Positions 25,541 to 38,833 of a stretch of DNA of 64,000 nt are shown piece after piece; position 1 is the stretch's first letter; each line of letters opens with the position of its first letter. Both the position numbers and the translations under genes were made by a program. The notes under the pieces are model-generated. The model saw only the letters and a program-made list of their open reading frames with translations, was not told where the DNA came from and searched no databases. The DNA comes from Octopus vulgaris. Taxonomy: Eukaryota. The DNA is taken from the NCBI GenBank assembly GCA_951406725.2, contig OX597829.1:30814001-30878000 (forward strand), in the 5' to 3' direction.

Positions 25541-26447
25541 ACACTTAATCTCTCTCTATCTCTCACCCTTACTCTCTCTCTCTCTCTTTCTCCCTTCATC
25601 CCTCTTCTTCCCTTTCTCTCTTCCACTCCCGCGGTGTCTTTGCCCTTCTCTCCTTCCCTGTTTGTCTTCTTTCCTTTCTCTTCCTACCTTCCTCCAATTC
25701 TCTCTGTCTTCCCCTTCTCTCTCTCTCTCTGTCTTCCCCCTTCTCCCGCTCTATCTTCTCTCTTACCCCTTCTATTTCGTTCGCAGCTCTTATTGGTTTC
25801 TATCTGTTACTCACACACCTTCTTCGTCTCTCACTCTCTGTCTCTGTCTCTCTTTTTTTATCGTTCTCCTCATTACCTTATCACTCCATTCTTTGATATT
25901 CTTTTTGCCTCTTACTCCTCCACCCCCACTCAAGCGTAGTCATACACATACACACATCTTCAATTCTATCTTACTTTCTCAATGTCCCTCTCTCTTTCAT
26001 TCTACTTTCATTATCTCTCCCGGTCGCTCCACATTTCTCGCTCTTTTATTACACTCCGCTCTTTCTCTTTTTCTCTAACTTCTTTCTCTCACTCTCTCTT
26101 TCTTTCTGTCACACACACACACACGCACACGTTTGCGTTATCACTAAATTTCTCTTTCTCTCTTACACATTTTCGTCTCTATCGATCTGTTTCCATATTA
26201 TTTTGCGTTCTTTTCTATCTTGCACACTCTTATTTATTTTTCGAAAAAATTTCCTTACACCTCTGCTCCTTACGTGTCTACCTATCTACATGCATGCATG
26301 CATGCATGCATCCATTTATCCCCATCCATCCATCCATCCATGCATCCATCCATTTATCTAACGGTCTGTCGGTCTAGCGACTTTTCATTCACTCATTCAC
26401 TCACTCATTCACTCACTCACTCACTCACTCACTCTCTTTTTCTTTCC

Positions 26448-26600
<153 letters not shown>

Positions 26601-26626
26601 CATCTATCTGTATATCTATCTATCCA

Positions 26627-26710
26627 CCAGAGTAAGCACATAAATGCGAAACAAGGTGGAAAAATAGTACTCGAATACCAGAGGTAGAGTAATATGCTTT
26701 AATAAAGTAT
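26627..26710. mobile_element. Palindromic (TA)n-associated element, fully collapsed copy
   Basis: Same leader as 43071 and 47572; hairpin reduced to ATGCTTTAATAAAGTAT. Confidence 0.75.
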
Positions 26711-26869
26711 GTATGTATATATATATATATATATTATATTTATGATTTATGCACATAACCTAATTTTGTTTCATCCGTCCATCTTTTCTGCATGTCTCTT
26801 TATCTATTTGTCTATGTATCTGTCTGTCCGTCTATCTATCTGTCTGTCTTCCCTCTTTCTCATTCTGTT

Positions 26870-26903
<34 letters not shown>

Positions 26904-26915
26904 GCTCTCTCTCTG

Positions 26916-26946
<31 letters not shown>

Positions 26947-27427
26947 GCTGCTCTCTCTCTCTCTCTGCTACTCTCTCTCTCTCTCTCTACTCTCTCTCTC
27001 TCTCTCTCTCTCTCACCAGTCTCTTCCATTGTATTTCTCCACCGTCATTACTAACCGAACACAATTAGTCAAATAACCTTTTGGATGTTGTCCAATATGT
27101 TCCTGAGCATAACAGCAGCACCATCCTAGGTATATAAGCAGTATTCCATTGTGGATCTCATTGTATTTGTTAACAGCAGCACTGTTCTAGATGTGGAAGT
27201 GGTTTCGTGGTATTGTGGTATCCTGGATCTCATTGTAGCTTTATAAACTATGTAACAGGGTCTAGGAAGTTTGCATAACAGCAACTCCGTGCAAGATATA
27301 AATGCAGATATTCTTTCGTGGTTCTTACTCTATCTTTATAGACTGACTAGGGATTCATTTTGTGAACCTTAAGAGGAAATCTAGTTTTTTTCTGATGAGG
27401 TCAAGGATGTGTGAGTGTATGTACATA

Positions 27428-27459
<32 letters not shown>

Positions 27460-27699
27460 AGAGAGAGAGCATGATAGCGTTACCATCCCATATATGTTAA
27501 TTTTATTTGAGTTTTGGGGAAGGTTGACAACTGATCATTGACAAAAGTTATTTTCTGACAGTGTACTTCAGCCTCAATAGTTATTGATCCTCTACAAAGT
27601 TCATACAAAGAATTACAATGGAGTATTGCTTTCACATCTGGAACAGTGCTTCGGCTGCTGCACACACACACACACAGATATCCTAGACTGTATCTAGAA

Positions 27700-28025
27700 A
27701 ATAACCATGAAGTTTACTTACAGGCATGCTCCTGCCTCTCGTCAACAAGTGTACCGTCTCCTCTTTCTTCCTTTTCTGCTGCTTCTATAATGGCCTCTGC
27801 TCCTTAAACGTGACTGGGTCCATGCCACTTGGGCTCAGACAATATCATCCAACTAAACTCTCTCCTTCTTGTCACCTTTGTTGTGTACAACCCCACTTGG
27901 CCTCACCCCAGTCATTTTCCCCACTTCTTCTTTCCCACAATATCATCCCTCTGGAATTCTGTCCCACCTTGCATCTTTCCTGCACCCGTTGACTTACAAA
28001 GGTCTGTGTCTACAAATGTAATGAG
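27700..28025 (+). mobile_element. Decayed CR1/L2/Jockey-group LINE ORF2 C-terminus
   Basis: FYNGLCS and FFPTISSLWNSVPPCIFP..DLQR resemble the SFFPRT..LWNSLP..FK terminal motif. Confidence 0.6.
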
Positions 28026-28064
28026 AACTGTTTTTTTTTTTTACTTCAGACCTATTCTTTTGTT

Positions 28065-28670
28065 CTTTTACAGTTGACAGTGTCCATACTGGAGCACTGT
28101 CTTGAAGGGGTTTAGTCAAACAAGTTCACCCTAGGACTTATTTTTTAAGCCTAGTACCTATTCTATTAGTGTCTTTTGCTGAACCACTAAGTTACGGGGA
28201 TGTAAACACACCAACACATGTTGTCAAACATTGATGGTGGAGGGACAAATGCAGGCACAAAGAAACACACACATAGATATATACATACACACACACACAC
28301 ACAGACACATACACATGGTGCAGCAGAAATACCTCTCACATTTGAAAGGTTGACAAAAGGGAAAAGAAACAACATTTATGAAAAATTAATTTTACTGTTT
28401 AAACAAAGGGTTACAGTTTTTGTTCATTAGCTAAATGAAAACATCATTGGCACTTGCATAAGTTCATTAGCAACACATAGGTGAAAGTTTCAAATGTGGG
28501 AGGTATTTCTGCTGCAAATGTGGGAGGTATTTCTTTCAGTTTCTGTCTACCAAATCCACTCAGAAGGCTTTGGTCGGCCCGAGGCTATAGTAGAAGACAC
28601 TTGCCCAAGGTGCCAAGCAATGGGACTGAACCCTGAACCATGTGGTTGGGAAGCAAGCCTCTTACCACAG
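28065..28670 (-). mobile_element. SINE family A interrupted by a TIR MITE (28313-28535)
   Basis: TGCAGCAGAAATACCTCTCACATTTGAAA inverted to TTTCAAATGTGGGAGGTATTTCTGCTGCA; right end locally duplicated. Confidence 0.75.
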
Positions 28671-28744
28671 TCAATTATAGAGTAAATAATAATAATTATA
28701 ATAATAAATTAGAGACATAAGCAATTGAATGTTGAAGTCATTGG

Positions 28745-28957
28745 TTTCAAATTTTGGCTGAAGGCCAGCAATCTTGTGGGAGGATGTAAGTTAATTATAT
28801 CAACCCTAGTAATCAACTGATACTTATTTTATCGACCCTGAAAGGATAAAAGGCAAAGTTGACCTCAGCAGCATTTGATCTCAGAATATAAAGACAAAGG
28901 AAATGCTACTAAGCATTTTGCCTGACGTGCTAACAATTCTTCCAGCTCACCACCTTA
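28745..28957 (-). mobile_element. SINE family B
   Basis: ATCGACCCTGAAAGGATAAAAGGCAAAGTTGACCTC core. Confidence 0.8.
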
Positions 28958-29089
28958 ATCATTATCCTCCAAGACATTGAACATGGAATATTTCAATCAC
29001 TGATGGTAGTATATTGCAAATGAAGCTGGTGCAATTCTCTTGATGGGTAGCAGAATGCTAGTGTGAGACAAAAGAACATAGCTATACCA

Positions 29090-29122
<33 letters not shown>

Positions 29123-29124
29123 AA

Positions 29125-29485
29125 AATGCTTTCTAATTGATGTATCAATACCGGCAGATGACAACGTGTCTCTAAAAGAAATGGAGAAACTCTCAAAATA
29201 CAAAGACCTGGAAATAGAGGTAACTAGAATGTGGAATCTGAAAACAGAAACAATTCCTTAGGCATGACAAAAAAATATTCAGACAAATACATAACAAAAA
29301 CACCTGGACTTACAAACACATATAACATGCAGAAAATTGCACTACTAGGCACTGCACACATCCTACGCAGAACACTTTCCATACAATAACCATCAGAACA
29401 TCACAACAAATCACAGCACATACCCAAGGCACACAGAGCTGCGCTCGGTAGTGAAGTGAAAGCACGCTATAAAAATAAAACTACA

Positions 29486-29488
<3 letters not shown>
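29125..29488 (+). mobile_element. R4/Dong-type LINE 3' fragment in (TAA)n
   Basis: CFLIDVSIPADDNVSLKEMEKLSKYKDLEIEVTRMW...MQKIALLGTAHILRRTLSIQ*; (TAA)n on both sides. Confidence 0.9.
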
Positions 29489-29534
<46 letters not shown>

Positions 29535-29589
29535 CAATGTATTTAAGAATAATCCATGCTTGTATTAAGTCCTGTAATTTATTGGTTCT

Positions 29590-29892
29590 CATGGAGGCAA
29601 GGACAAATGACTGTGACCCTTAGCAGTTTGCCATGCTTGAGAAGAAGACATATCAAACCAAGTGAAATTGTAATTGTGGTAGATACTGGTGTTATGCAAC
29701 TGGTACCCATGCTGTTGGCACATAAAAACACCCATTATAGCCTCAGGAGTGGTTGGTGTTAGGAAGGGCATCCAGCTGTAGAAACCATGCCAAATCAGAT
29801 TGGTGTCTCGTGCAGCTTGTCAGCATTGGTCAAACCATCCAACCCATGCCTGCATGGACAATGGACCTTAAATGATGATGATGGTGATGAAT
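29590..29892 (+). mobile_element. RTE-type 3' UTR/tail
   Basis: GTGGTTGGTGTTAGGAAGGGCATCCAGCTGTAGAAA and (GAT)n tail. Confidence 0.75.
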
Positions 29893-30599
29893 AAATGAAT
29901 ATTTATGGATAGTACTCTGTGTGTGTGTGTGTATATATATACAATAGGCGCGGGCATGGCTGTGTGGTTAGGGAGCTTGCTTCCTAGCTACATGGTTTCG
30001 GGTTCAGTCCCACTGCGTGGCACTTTGGGTAGGTGTCTTCCACTATAGCCCGAGCCGACCGGAGCTTTGTGATTGAATTCGGTAGGTGGAAGTGACTGCT
30101 GTGTGTGTATGTGTGCGTATAGCTGCTCAGTGCCTCTCTGAAAGAGAGAGAGGGATATATATATATATATTTATATATGTGTGTATATAAATATATATAC
30201 ACACATACATACATACATACGTACATGCATGTATGCATGCCACACATAGGTGTGGATGCACGTGTGTGTGTGTGCGTCATTGTGCAATGTACATACACGC
30301 ACACACAGTGCCACATGTACTGTAGATGAGCAGAGAAGTATATCAGGCTGTAATACATCAGCAAAAAAAAAACAAAAACAAAAAAAACAAAACAAAATAA
30401 AACGAAGTAATGAGAGATAACTAAATTGAAAAAAAAAAAGAAAAAGGAAAGCAAAAAACAAAAATGGAAAACCAAACAAACACATGATATGTTAAATATT
30501 GTATTAAGAATAAAGAGTAAAGGGTAAAGAGAAGAAACATGTCTGAGATACATTTAATAACTGATAAGACTGGGTAAGATAAGTAATCTAGGTTTTACT

Positions 30600-30648
30600 A
30601 CATACATACATACATGCATATATATAAATATACATATACATACATGTA

Positions 30649-30688
<40 letters not shown>

Positions 30689-30776
30689 CATATATATATA
30701 TATATGTACATATATATATATATGTACATATATATATATATGTACATATATATATATATGTACATATATATATATA

Positions 30777-30824
<48 letters not shown>

Positions 30825-30893
30825 GTCTGTATAACTTTCTGTCTATCTTACTATATCTATGTCTCTCTCTCTTTCTCTTTCTCTCTCTCTCTT

Positions 30894-30981
<88 letters not shown>

Positions 30982-31370
30982 TATATGTATATATTTATAT
31001 GTCTATGTACAACTTTCTGTCTTTCTTACTATATCTATCTCCCTCTATCTCTATCTCTCTCTATTATATATATATATATATATATATATGTACATATATA
31101 CATATGTATATATTTAGATGTCTATGTATAACTTTTTGTCTATCTTACTATATCTATGTCTCTTTCTCTCTCTCTCTCTCTCTCTCCCTCTCTATGTGTG
31201 TGTATACACACACACACACACACACACATATGTATATATTTATATGTCTATGTATAACTTTCTGTCTATCTTACTATATCTATATTGTCTCCCCTCTCTC
31301 TCTCTCCCTCTCCTCTCTCTCATATATATAAAGATATATATATATACATAAGTATGACTTTATCTATCTA
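30600..31370. repeat. Compound satellite: four copies of a ~38-bp unit separated by (CT)n/(TA)n/(CA)n
   Basis: TATAACTTTCTGTCTATCTTACTATATCTAT-like unit at ~30830, 31008, 31126, 31253. Confidence 0.85.
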
Positions 31371-31789
31371 TGTGTATTCCAAGTTATAAGCTATAGTTTT
31401 GTAGCTATGTAACTGAAAGTTTTGCGTGGGGGTATATATTTTCAAGGAGAAACACGTAGACTGTGTAGCATTTTCTACCAACCCAGGCAAAATGAAATAC
31501 TGATCTTAGAGAGTAGAGGCACACAAAATAACTTATTATACACAAAACTAATTTATCTTTGCATGGTGTTGCCTGTGAAACAGCTGTCAGTCTATGGATA
31601 TCAACTGGGGAAATAAACATAGTTATCTCACATACCTTCACATTTTCTTTATATTTTATGCATGTATATTTATATTTTAGGGAATAAAAGTTATGGCCAG
31701 TCATAGAGTGACCTTTGGTTTCGCGCCTATAAAGCATTTAGCAATATAGGTAAATCATCAGAGAATTTGACAAGTTGCTTATATGGCTA

Positions 31790-32168
31790 ACTCGTTTACT
31801 CGTTTCAGTCATTTGACTGTGAACATGCTGGAGCACCGCCTTTAGTCGAGGAAATCGACCAAGCCTAGTACTTATTCTATCGGTTTCTTTTGCTGAACCG
31901 CTAAGTTACAGGGATGTAAACACACCAGCATCGGTTCTCAAGCGATGTTGGGGTGACAAACACAGACACACAAACATATACACACACACATACACATATA
32001 TACATATATACGACGGGCTTCTTTCAGTTTCCGTCTACCAAATCCACTCACAAGGCTTTGGTTGGCCTGAGGCTATTGTAGAAGACACTTGCCCAAGGAG
32101 CCGCACAATGGGACTGAACTTGGAACCATGTGGTTGGTAAGCAAGCTACTTACCACACAGCCACTCCT
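31790..32168 (-). mobile_element. SINE family A
   Basis: Head and tail match 17405-17820. Confidence 0.9.
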
Positions 32169-32839
32169 ATTGGTGCAAAATCCAATGGTCACTCTATGAC
32201 CAGCCATAACTTTTAGCTTCCTAAAAAGTACATTCCTGTTCAAATGCTTTAGGGTATGCTTAATATATATATGAACTACTGACAATATATATATATATGT
32301 GTGTGTGTATGTATGTATAGGTACATGACTGTGTAGTAAAGGATTCAGTCACATAATGTGACACCTTGGGTAAGAATCTTTTACTACAGCACCCAGATTT
32401 GGTAATACAGGAAGTGAGATGGGAGAAGAGGATGTTAATAGAATCCAGGAGGCAGTCTAGCAGGGCCAAGAGGGAGATGGACAACATGGGAAGGTGCTCC
32501 TCAAAGAAGTCCCAGCTGGAATCACATATGGGATATGACTCTCACACACACACATATACACATGCATGCACACACATACATATACACACAGACACACACA
32601 CAAGTTTTCTCTTTCACACACACATATTCTCTCTGACACCTAAACACATGCTCTCATAGGTGTATGCACATACTTTCACACTTACATATAAACACGCATG
32701 CACACACACACACACACTATCTCTCTCTTTCTCTCTCTTATGCACACAGACCTACCCACACACATATATTGGATTTCAATGATATTACTGCCTACCTAAT
32801 TCTCGCGCAAAAAAAAAGTTGGTCAGTCCGAGGCTATAT

Positions 32840-33261
32840 CTTTTATCATTTTATCTTTAACTTGCTTTAATCACTGGACCGCAGCCATGCTGGGGCACCT
32901 CCTTAAAGTGTTTTAACTAAAGGAATTGACCCCAGTACTTATTTTTGAACCCTTTAGCATTCAGATTATGCTATGAAGTGTAAATAATTTATTCCCATCA
33001 TTTTGAATTAATCATCCATTGTGATTTTGATTATGTGATCATTTGTTTTTAGAACAACATTGTAAGGGGGAAATATGGGTCAGTTTGAGTATGAAACAGG
33101 TACAATGTTTGAGCCAGATACAGTCAGTTTAAATGCTAAAAAGTTAAAGCCTGGTTCTTATTCTAGTGATCTCTTTTTGCTGAATCACTAAGTTACAAGG
33201 GCTGTAAAGAAGCTACCAACACCAGTTGTTGAATGCCGATGGAGAACAAGACGCACACACT

Positions 33262-33306
<45 letters not shown>

Positions 33307-33530
33307 ATACACAGATATTCACATACATATATATTTTCTGTCTATTAAATGTACTCACAAGGCTTTGGTCGGCTCAGTGCTATAGTAGAAGACACCTGTT
33401 CAAAGTGCCATGCACTGGTACTAAACCCTGGAACCATGTGGTTGCTCAGAGTGCTGCAGAGTGGGATCAAACCTGAAACCAGCTAGTTGCAAAGCGACCT
33501 TCTTAACCACTCAACTATACTTGTACCTTT
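32840..33530 (-). mobile_element. Old SINE family A with nested piggyBac-type MITE (32946-33147)
   Basis: AACCCTTTAGCATT...AATGCTAAAAAGTTAA inside the SINE tail. Confidence 0.7.
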
Positions 33531-33604
33531 GAAGGCAGGTGACATATTTATTTGGATATTTGGTTTCATGATCAGTAGATCATGAGTTTAATTATATATA
33601 TATA

Positions 33605-34005
33605 TATAGGGTGTTCAAAAAGGCTCTCCGCAGTGAATTTTTCAGTGAACAGATTATTTGAAAGGGACTTTGGCCACCAAGATCACCTGATTTAACACCA
33701 CCAGACTTTTTTTTTCTGGGGTGCAAATAAAGGATCAGTGTGCAAGAATCACCTGAAAACCATTTATGAGTTAAAAGACACAATCATAACCTTCACACAT
33801 CAGACTCTCCAAGATGTATTTCAAAACATGTGTAGAAAATTCAACTTATGCATTGAAAATGAAGGACAAGACTTTTAACACTTCTTATAAAGTTTTTTAG
33901 AGTCTTGTAAAGTCTTATATATTCTTTCGTAGTCTTATACCATCTTATAGATATTTATTTTACAACAAAATACTTACTGTGGAGAGACTTTTCGAACACC
34001 CTGTA
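33605..34005 (+). mobile_element. Internally deleted Tc1/mariner transposon
   Basis: TIRs AGGGTGTTCAAAAAGGCTCTCCGCAGT / ACTGTGGAGAGACTTTTCGAACACCCT with TA flanks; LWPPRSPDLTPPDFFFWG transposase motif. Confidence 0.85.
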
Positions 34006-34651
34006 TACGTATGTATGTGTGTAGGTACGTATGTACATATGTATGTATACATACATTCTGCCTAAAAAAAAAAAGGATCTACAAATACAATATCCCTACA
34101 TATCTCACATCTATTTTCTTTCTTCCACCCTCATAGCCTTGGTTTTTTATCTCATTACGAAAAAATATTTATATATATATATATGGTTTCAGGTTTACTC
34201 CCACTGCGTAGTACCTTGCACATGTGTCCAAGTATCCTTCTGCTCCAACCTTAGGCTAATAAAGGCCTTATGAGTGAATTTGGTCGGGAGGGTAAGGTGT
34301 AGGTGGGAAACAAAAGTGTCTATATTGTGTATATATGTGTGCATGTGTGTGTGTATGCTTGCAGTTTGTATATATATGTACACACACACACACTCACAAA
34401 TATATGTATATATCAATATATATATATATATATATATATATTGATATGTATATTCATCCTGGTCAATAGAAATCTTTCCATTAAATTGTAACTGAATACA
34501 AAGATGTGCTTCCTTTCTAAACACACTTTCTATTGTTTGTTGTTGCTCGTTGTTGGTGCTGGTGGTGGCAGTGGTGTGGGTTGTTGTTGTTGTGGTGGTG
34601 GTAACGGTCGTGGTCATCATCATGATTATCTATTCGTTTATTTTATTTATT

Positions 34652-34686
<35 letters not shown>

Positions 34687-35434
34687 TTTTGTTACCATAA
34701 TTATCAAAACTGGAGTCAGTGTAACCCCAAAATAATCTTGCACTATCAAATCATTTATTTATTTATTGACGGTGGTGGTCGCAGCAAGAGGAGGCAGTGG
34801 GGGTCAATGTTTTATCACGCGGTCTTCTTCTTGATGGTAGAAGGAAAGTGTGTGACTCTTGTCTGACTGTTTTAAAACTATTTAAATGACGTCACACACC
34901 AGACTACACTCTTTCCCTTCCTCACTTCTTTTTTGCTTTCCTTCTTTCTTTCTTACTTTCTTTCCTTCCTTCCTTCCTTCCTTCCTTCCCTTATTTTTTC
35001 CTCCCCTTTTATTCTTCTATTTCTTTACTTTCTTATGCGTGTGCATGTGTGCTCTTACCTGTGTGTGTGTGCACGTTTATTTGTGTGTGTGTGTGTGTGT
35101 TTATTTGTGTATGCCTGTTCATGTGTGCTTGTGTGTGTGTGTGTATGTCTGCTTGAATGAGTGTGTGCTATATATGTGTGTGTGTGTATGTGTGAGTGTG
35201 TCCATGTGCATGATTGATTGTTAATTCAGAAAACAGGAGTTATATCTATTGTAAAAAAAAAAAAGATAAAGAACATACCGATTCACCTCCCCACCTCCAC
35301 CATCATTTCTTAAATGTTGTTAAATTGTTTATTTCAGTAGATGAGGTGTCATAACATTAAAATGACTAACTGGGAAAGTTGGCCTGGCGTGGCCTGGCGT
35401 GGCCTGGCCCGGCCTGGCCCGGCCTGGTCTGGCT

Positions 35435-35750
35435 CTCCATTCTTTATGATGACATGTATTCCAGTTGACCCAATCAAGAGAACAGCCTGTTTCTGAAATG
35501 AACGTCCAAGTGGCTGAGGACCCCACAGACACTTGTACTCTTAATGTAGTTCTCTGGAAGATTAAGTATGACAGAATGTGACAAGGTTGGCCCTTTGTAT
35601 TGCAGGTACTTCTCATATTTGCCAGTTGAGTTGACAGGAAGAATGGGAAATAAAGTGTCTTGTTGAAGGACATAATGTATTGCCAGGAATCAAGCTAATG
35701 ACCTTATGAATGTGACCTGAATTACCAAGTCATTAAGCCACATGCCTTCC
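35435..35750 (-). mobile_element. SINE family C, old copy
   Basis: Colinear with 9984-10311. Confidence 0.8.
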
Positions 35751-36015
35751 CGGTTGGTGCATGGCTTAATGGTGCCTTCCCTGTAGAACATTGGATAAAA
35801 GCCTCTGTGTATAAGTTTCAGCTCTCTGTACCATGAGTTCAAATCCTACCAAGGTCAACTTTGCCATTCACTCTTTCAGGATCAATAGCAAACAATAGAT
35901 CAATCCATGGTCATGGAGTGGCAGAATTGTTAGAACAGTAATTGATTAGATTCTTTGTGGTATGTGATTCAAGGCCTGACCTATCATAGATATGATTAAA
36001 AATATCAAAGTATAA

Positions 36016-36446
36016 CAAGGGAGTACTGGAAAGTTCCTTGCTTTGGGTAAAAGAAAATACTGGAGGATCAGTTAATTATGATGTTAGTCAACATATTTTC
36101 TTCTCAGATTCACACACTTATTGCAGTGGTTCTTCAGTTTTTCTAATCCCTGTAAAGATTGGGCCTCCAACCAGGCCTTTTGTGACACCCTTAACCCTTT
36201 AGTATTTGGATTTCTCTGTCAAATATATAATGCTCATTTACTGATGTTGATGTGAACTAGTCATGTCTTATCTGTAGCTTTGAGATTTCAAAGATGTGAT
36301 TGTCTAATTTTAGAATAATATTGTAGGCTAAGTGTAAAAGGCTGGATCTGGCCAGTTTAAAGATAAAACAGGTAGAATATTTAGGCCAGATATGGCCTGT
36401 TAAAATGCTAAAGGGTTAAAGCCAGGAACTTTTCAGCATTTCCTTG
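36016..36446. mobile_element. Mariner-type MITE with nested piggyBac-type MITE (36191-36419)
   Basis: CAAGGGAGTACTGGAAAGTTCCTTGCTTT / AAAGCCAGGAACTTTTCAGCATTTCCTTG TIRs; TTAACCCTTTAG...CTAAAGGGTTAA inside. Confidence 0.75.
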
Positions 36447-36689
36447 CATGTACCTGAGATTATATTAGCTAATGTAGCGGCTAGCAACCGGTGGGCCTTG
36501 GCCTGACAGCTTGATTCTGTGGGCCTTGCATCCTTTTTCATTGTTAATGTAATTGAAAGCCATTGAGCTGTTGATAGCCTTTTGAGATTGTCACAGGATT
36601 TGCTTAACTTTCATCTAGGTAAGCACTGATAGTGATGGGGATAGGGGAATACATTGGGATATTTTTTATATGTAAGACATGAGATATAT

Positions 36690-36921
36690 ATTTCTTTATT
36701 GCCCAAAAGGGGCTAAACATAGAGGGGACAAACAAGGACAGACAAAGGGATTAAGTCGATTACATCGACCCCAGTGCGAAACTGGTACTTTATTTATCGA
36801 CCCCGAAAGGATGAAAGGTAAAGTCGACCTCAGCGGAATTTGAACTCACAACGTAACGACAGACGAAATACCGCTAAGCATTTCGCCCGGCGCGCTAACG
36901 AGTCTGCCAGCACGCCGCCTT
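36690..36921 (-). mobile_element. SINE family B, young CpG-rich copy
   Basis: Minus head GGCGGCGTGCTGGCAG..GAGTTCAAATTCC; flanks share AGACATGAGATATA-like duplication. Confidence 0.9.
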
Positions 36922-37119
36922 GAGATATAATTTAAGACATGAGATATAATTTACATAGAGGGCCCCAATGGGTAAATGTATGACGGACAAAAATCAAAAG
37001 TGAATTCTTTCTAAAAGAAGTTACTGAGATCAAATCCTGTCAATGCCAACTTTGTCTTTTGTCCTTTCAGGATCAATAAAAGAAGTACCAATGCAGCTCT
37101 CTAAATTGGTACATTTTTT

Positions 37120-37179
<60 letters not shown>

Positions 37180-37739
37180 CACCACCACCACCACCACCAT
37201 CACCACTACCACTACCACTACTACTACTACTACAATTGCTGGTGATAGTGGCTGGTGGTGGTGGTGGCGGTGGCAGCAACAGTAGTAGTAGTAGATGTTG
37301 CTGTTGTTGCTGTCATTATTATCTTTGTTGTAAGTTAACTCTAGATTAGCTCCTGATCCAGCAGACATAGGATCAACGATGTTCCATCTCTGGCCATCCT
37401 GCCTTTTATTCAGACATGGTGTATCTAAGGACTACGTTATCAAACATGTTGTTGTTTGAGATGATGGTATTAGTAAGTGTGGTCTGAGAGAGATGCAGCT
37501 GCTGTTTCTGACAGGTCAAATAAAAGAGGTTCCCTTCAAGGCCCCAGTAGTGAATAAAAAGTGTAGTGTATTACTTAATATAACCTTCATTTGTGAACTT
37601 GCTCACACTTCCAGGTATCTCAGTCATAATTCTGTATAGAGCCCCACACAGATACTTAATGGTTTTTAAATGAATACATTGTTGGTAAATATAGAGGATA
37701 TTAATAAAGTTTATTGTCTAAATGTACAGAACAATGTAT

Positions 37740-38300
37740 CATTTATAAACACACAACTGTTTCATTTGGTGTTGGAAATAACATTATCTAAATACTTCCC
37801 ATTGTTTTACACACACACACACACACATTTGTAACCTAATCTTGAAGTTCTACATTGCATATCACACCACGTCTTGAGAAATTACTGTCATTTCCTACAA
37901 CAAATAGTAGCCTTCAGTTTATCCAGTGTGAATATGTGTCGTTTATTGATGGACACTTTCTCTTTGAGATAGCCCCAAAGGAAATAATCACTAACCAAAA
38001 GGTCATTTCTATTAGCAGGCAAATGACATATCAGTAAACATGTTTTTAATAATGTCCATGGAAGCTCTTGCTGGTCAGACAGTTGCATCATCTTCATTGA
38101 AACCATATCTGTTGTGTATTAATGTCATATCTGTTCCATTCTGTGCAACATGAACACATAAACGTCACAATTCATTATAACCACAATCTGCCCTCTTCAA
38201 AGAATTATAGGCTCATCACACCAAACTTTCCTCACAACTCTAATCTATTACATATCTACATTGAAGAGGATACTCACTTAGTAGACAGCTGTGTGATCAA
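37740..38300 (-). mobile_element. Decayed Tc1/mariner transposase fragment
   Basis: DYFLWGYLKEKV..TLDKLKATI motif and a degenerate F..D.AT motif upstream. Confidence 0.7.
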
Positions 38301-38622
38301 TAACAAAAATTCTGCTTATTTATGCAACCAGACAAAGAAATACATTTTGTTATCTTTGAAAAGAACCATGTCCTCTGTGCACATTTCAAGCATGTTTTCT
38401 GCAAATATTTTCTGGCTTTTCTAATTATATTGATTTTATCTCTTGTGCAATCATAATCTTGTATGGATAAAAACTTAAACCAAAATACAATATCCAATAT
38501 ATACTACAATCTCAAATATTTAGTGCGACACTGTGCTTCAATGCAGTACAATGTAAACAATTCTTTTTAGCTCTCCTCCTTATAACCCTGCACAGCTCAA
38601 ATATTTCCTGAAGGTGCTTTCC

Positions 38623-38833
38623 TTAACCCTTTAACATTCAAATTACTCTATCAAATGTAATACTTATTTACTCACATTGTTGTGAATTAATCATAATGAA
38701 TTAATCTAGTAGCTTTGAGATTTTGATGATGTGTTTGTTTACATTAGGAACAAGGCCTCATCTGGTCAGTTTGAGCACAAAACTTGTAGAATATTAGGGC
38801 CTGATATGGCTGGTTTGAATACAAAAGGGTTAA
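38623..38833. mobile_element. piggyBac-type MITE
   Basis: TTAACCCTTT...AAAAGGGTTAA, homologous to 36191-36419. Confidence 0.8.

Noticed and set aside
25361-25939. 192-aa ORF with a signal-peptide-like start
   Set aside because: Runs into CT-rich low complexity; no convincing donor site or recognisable homology.
27390-27420. CTGATGAGGTC core-like motif
   Set aside because: No complementary stem II or GAAA downstream.
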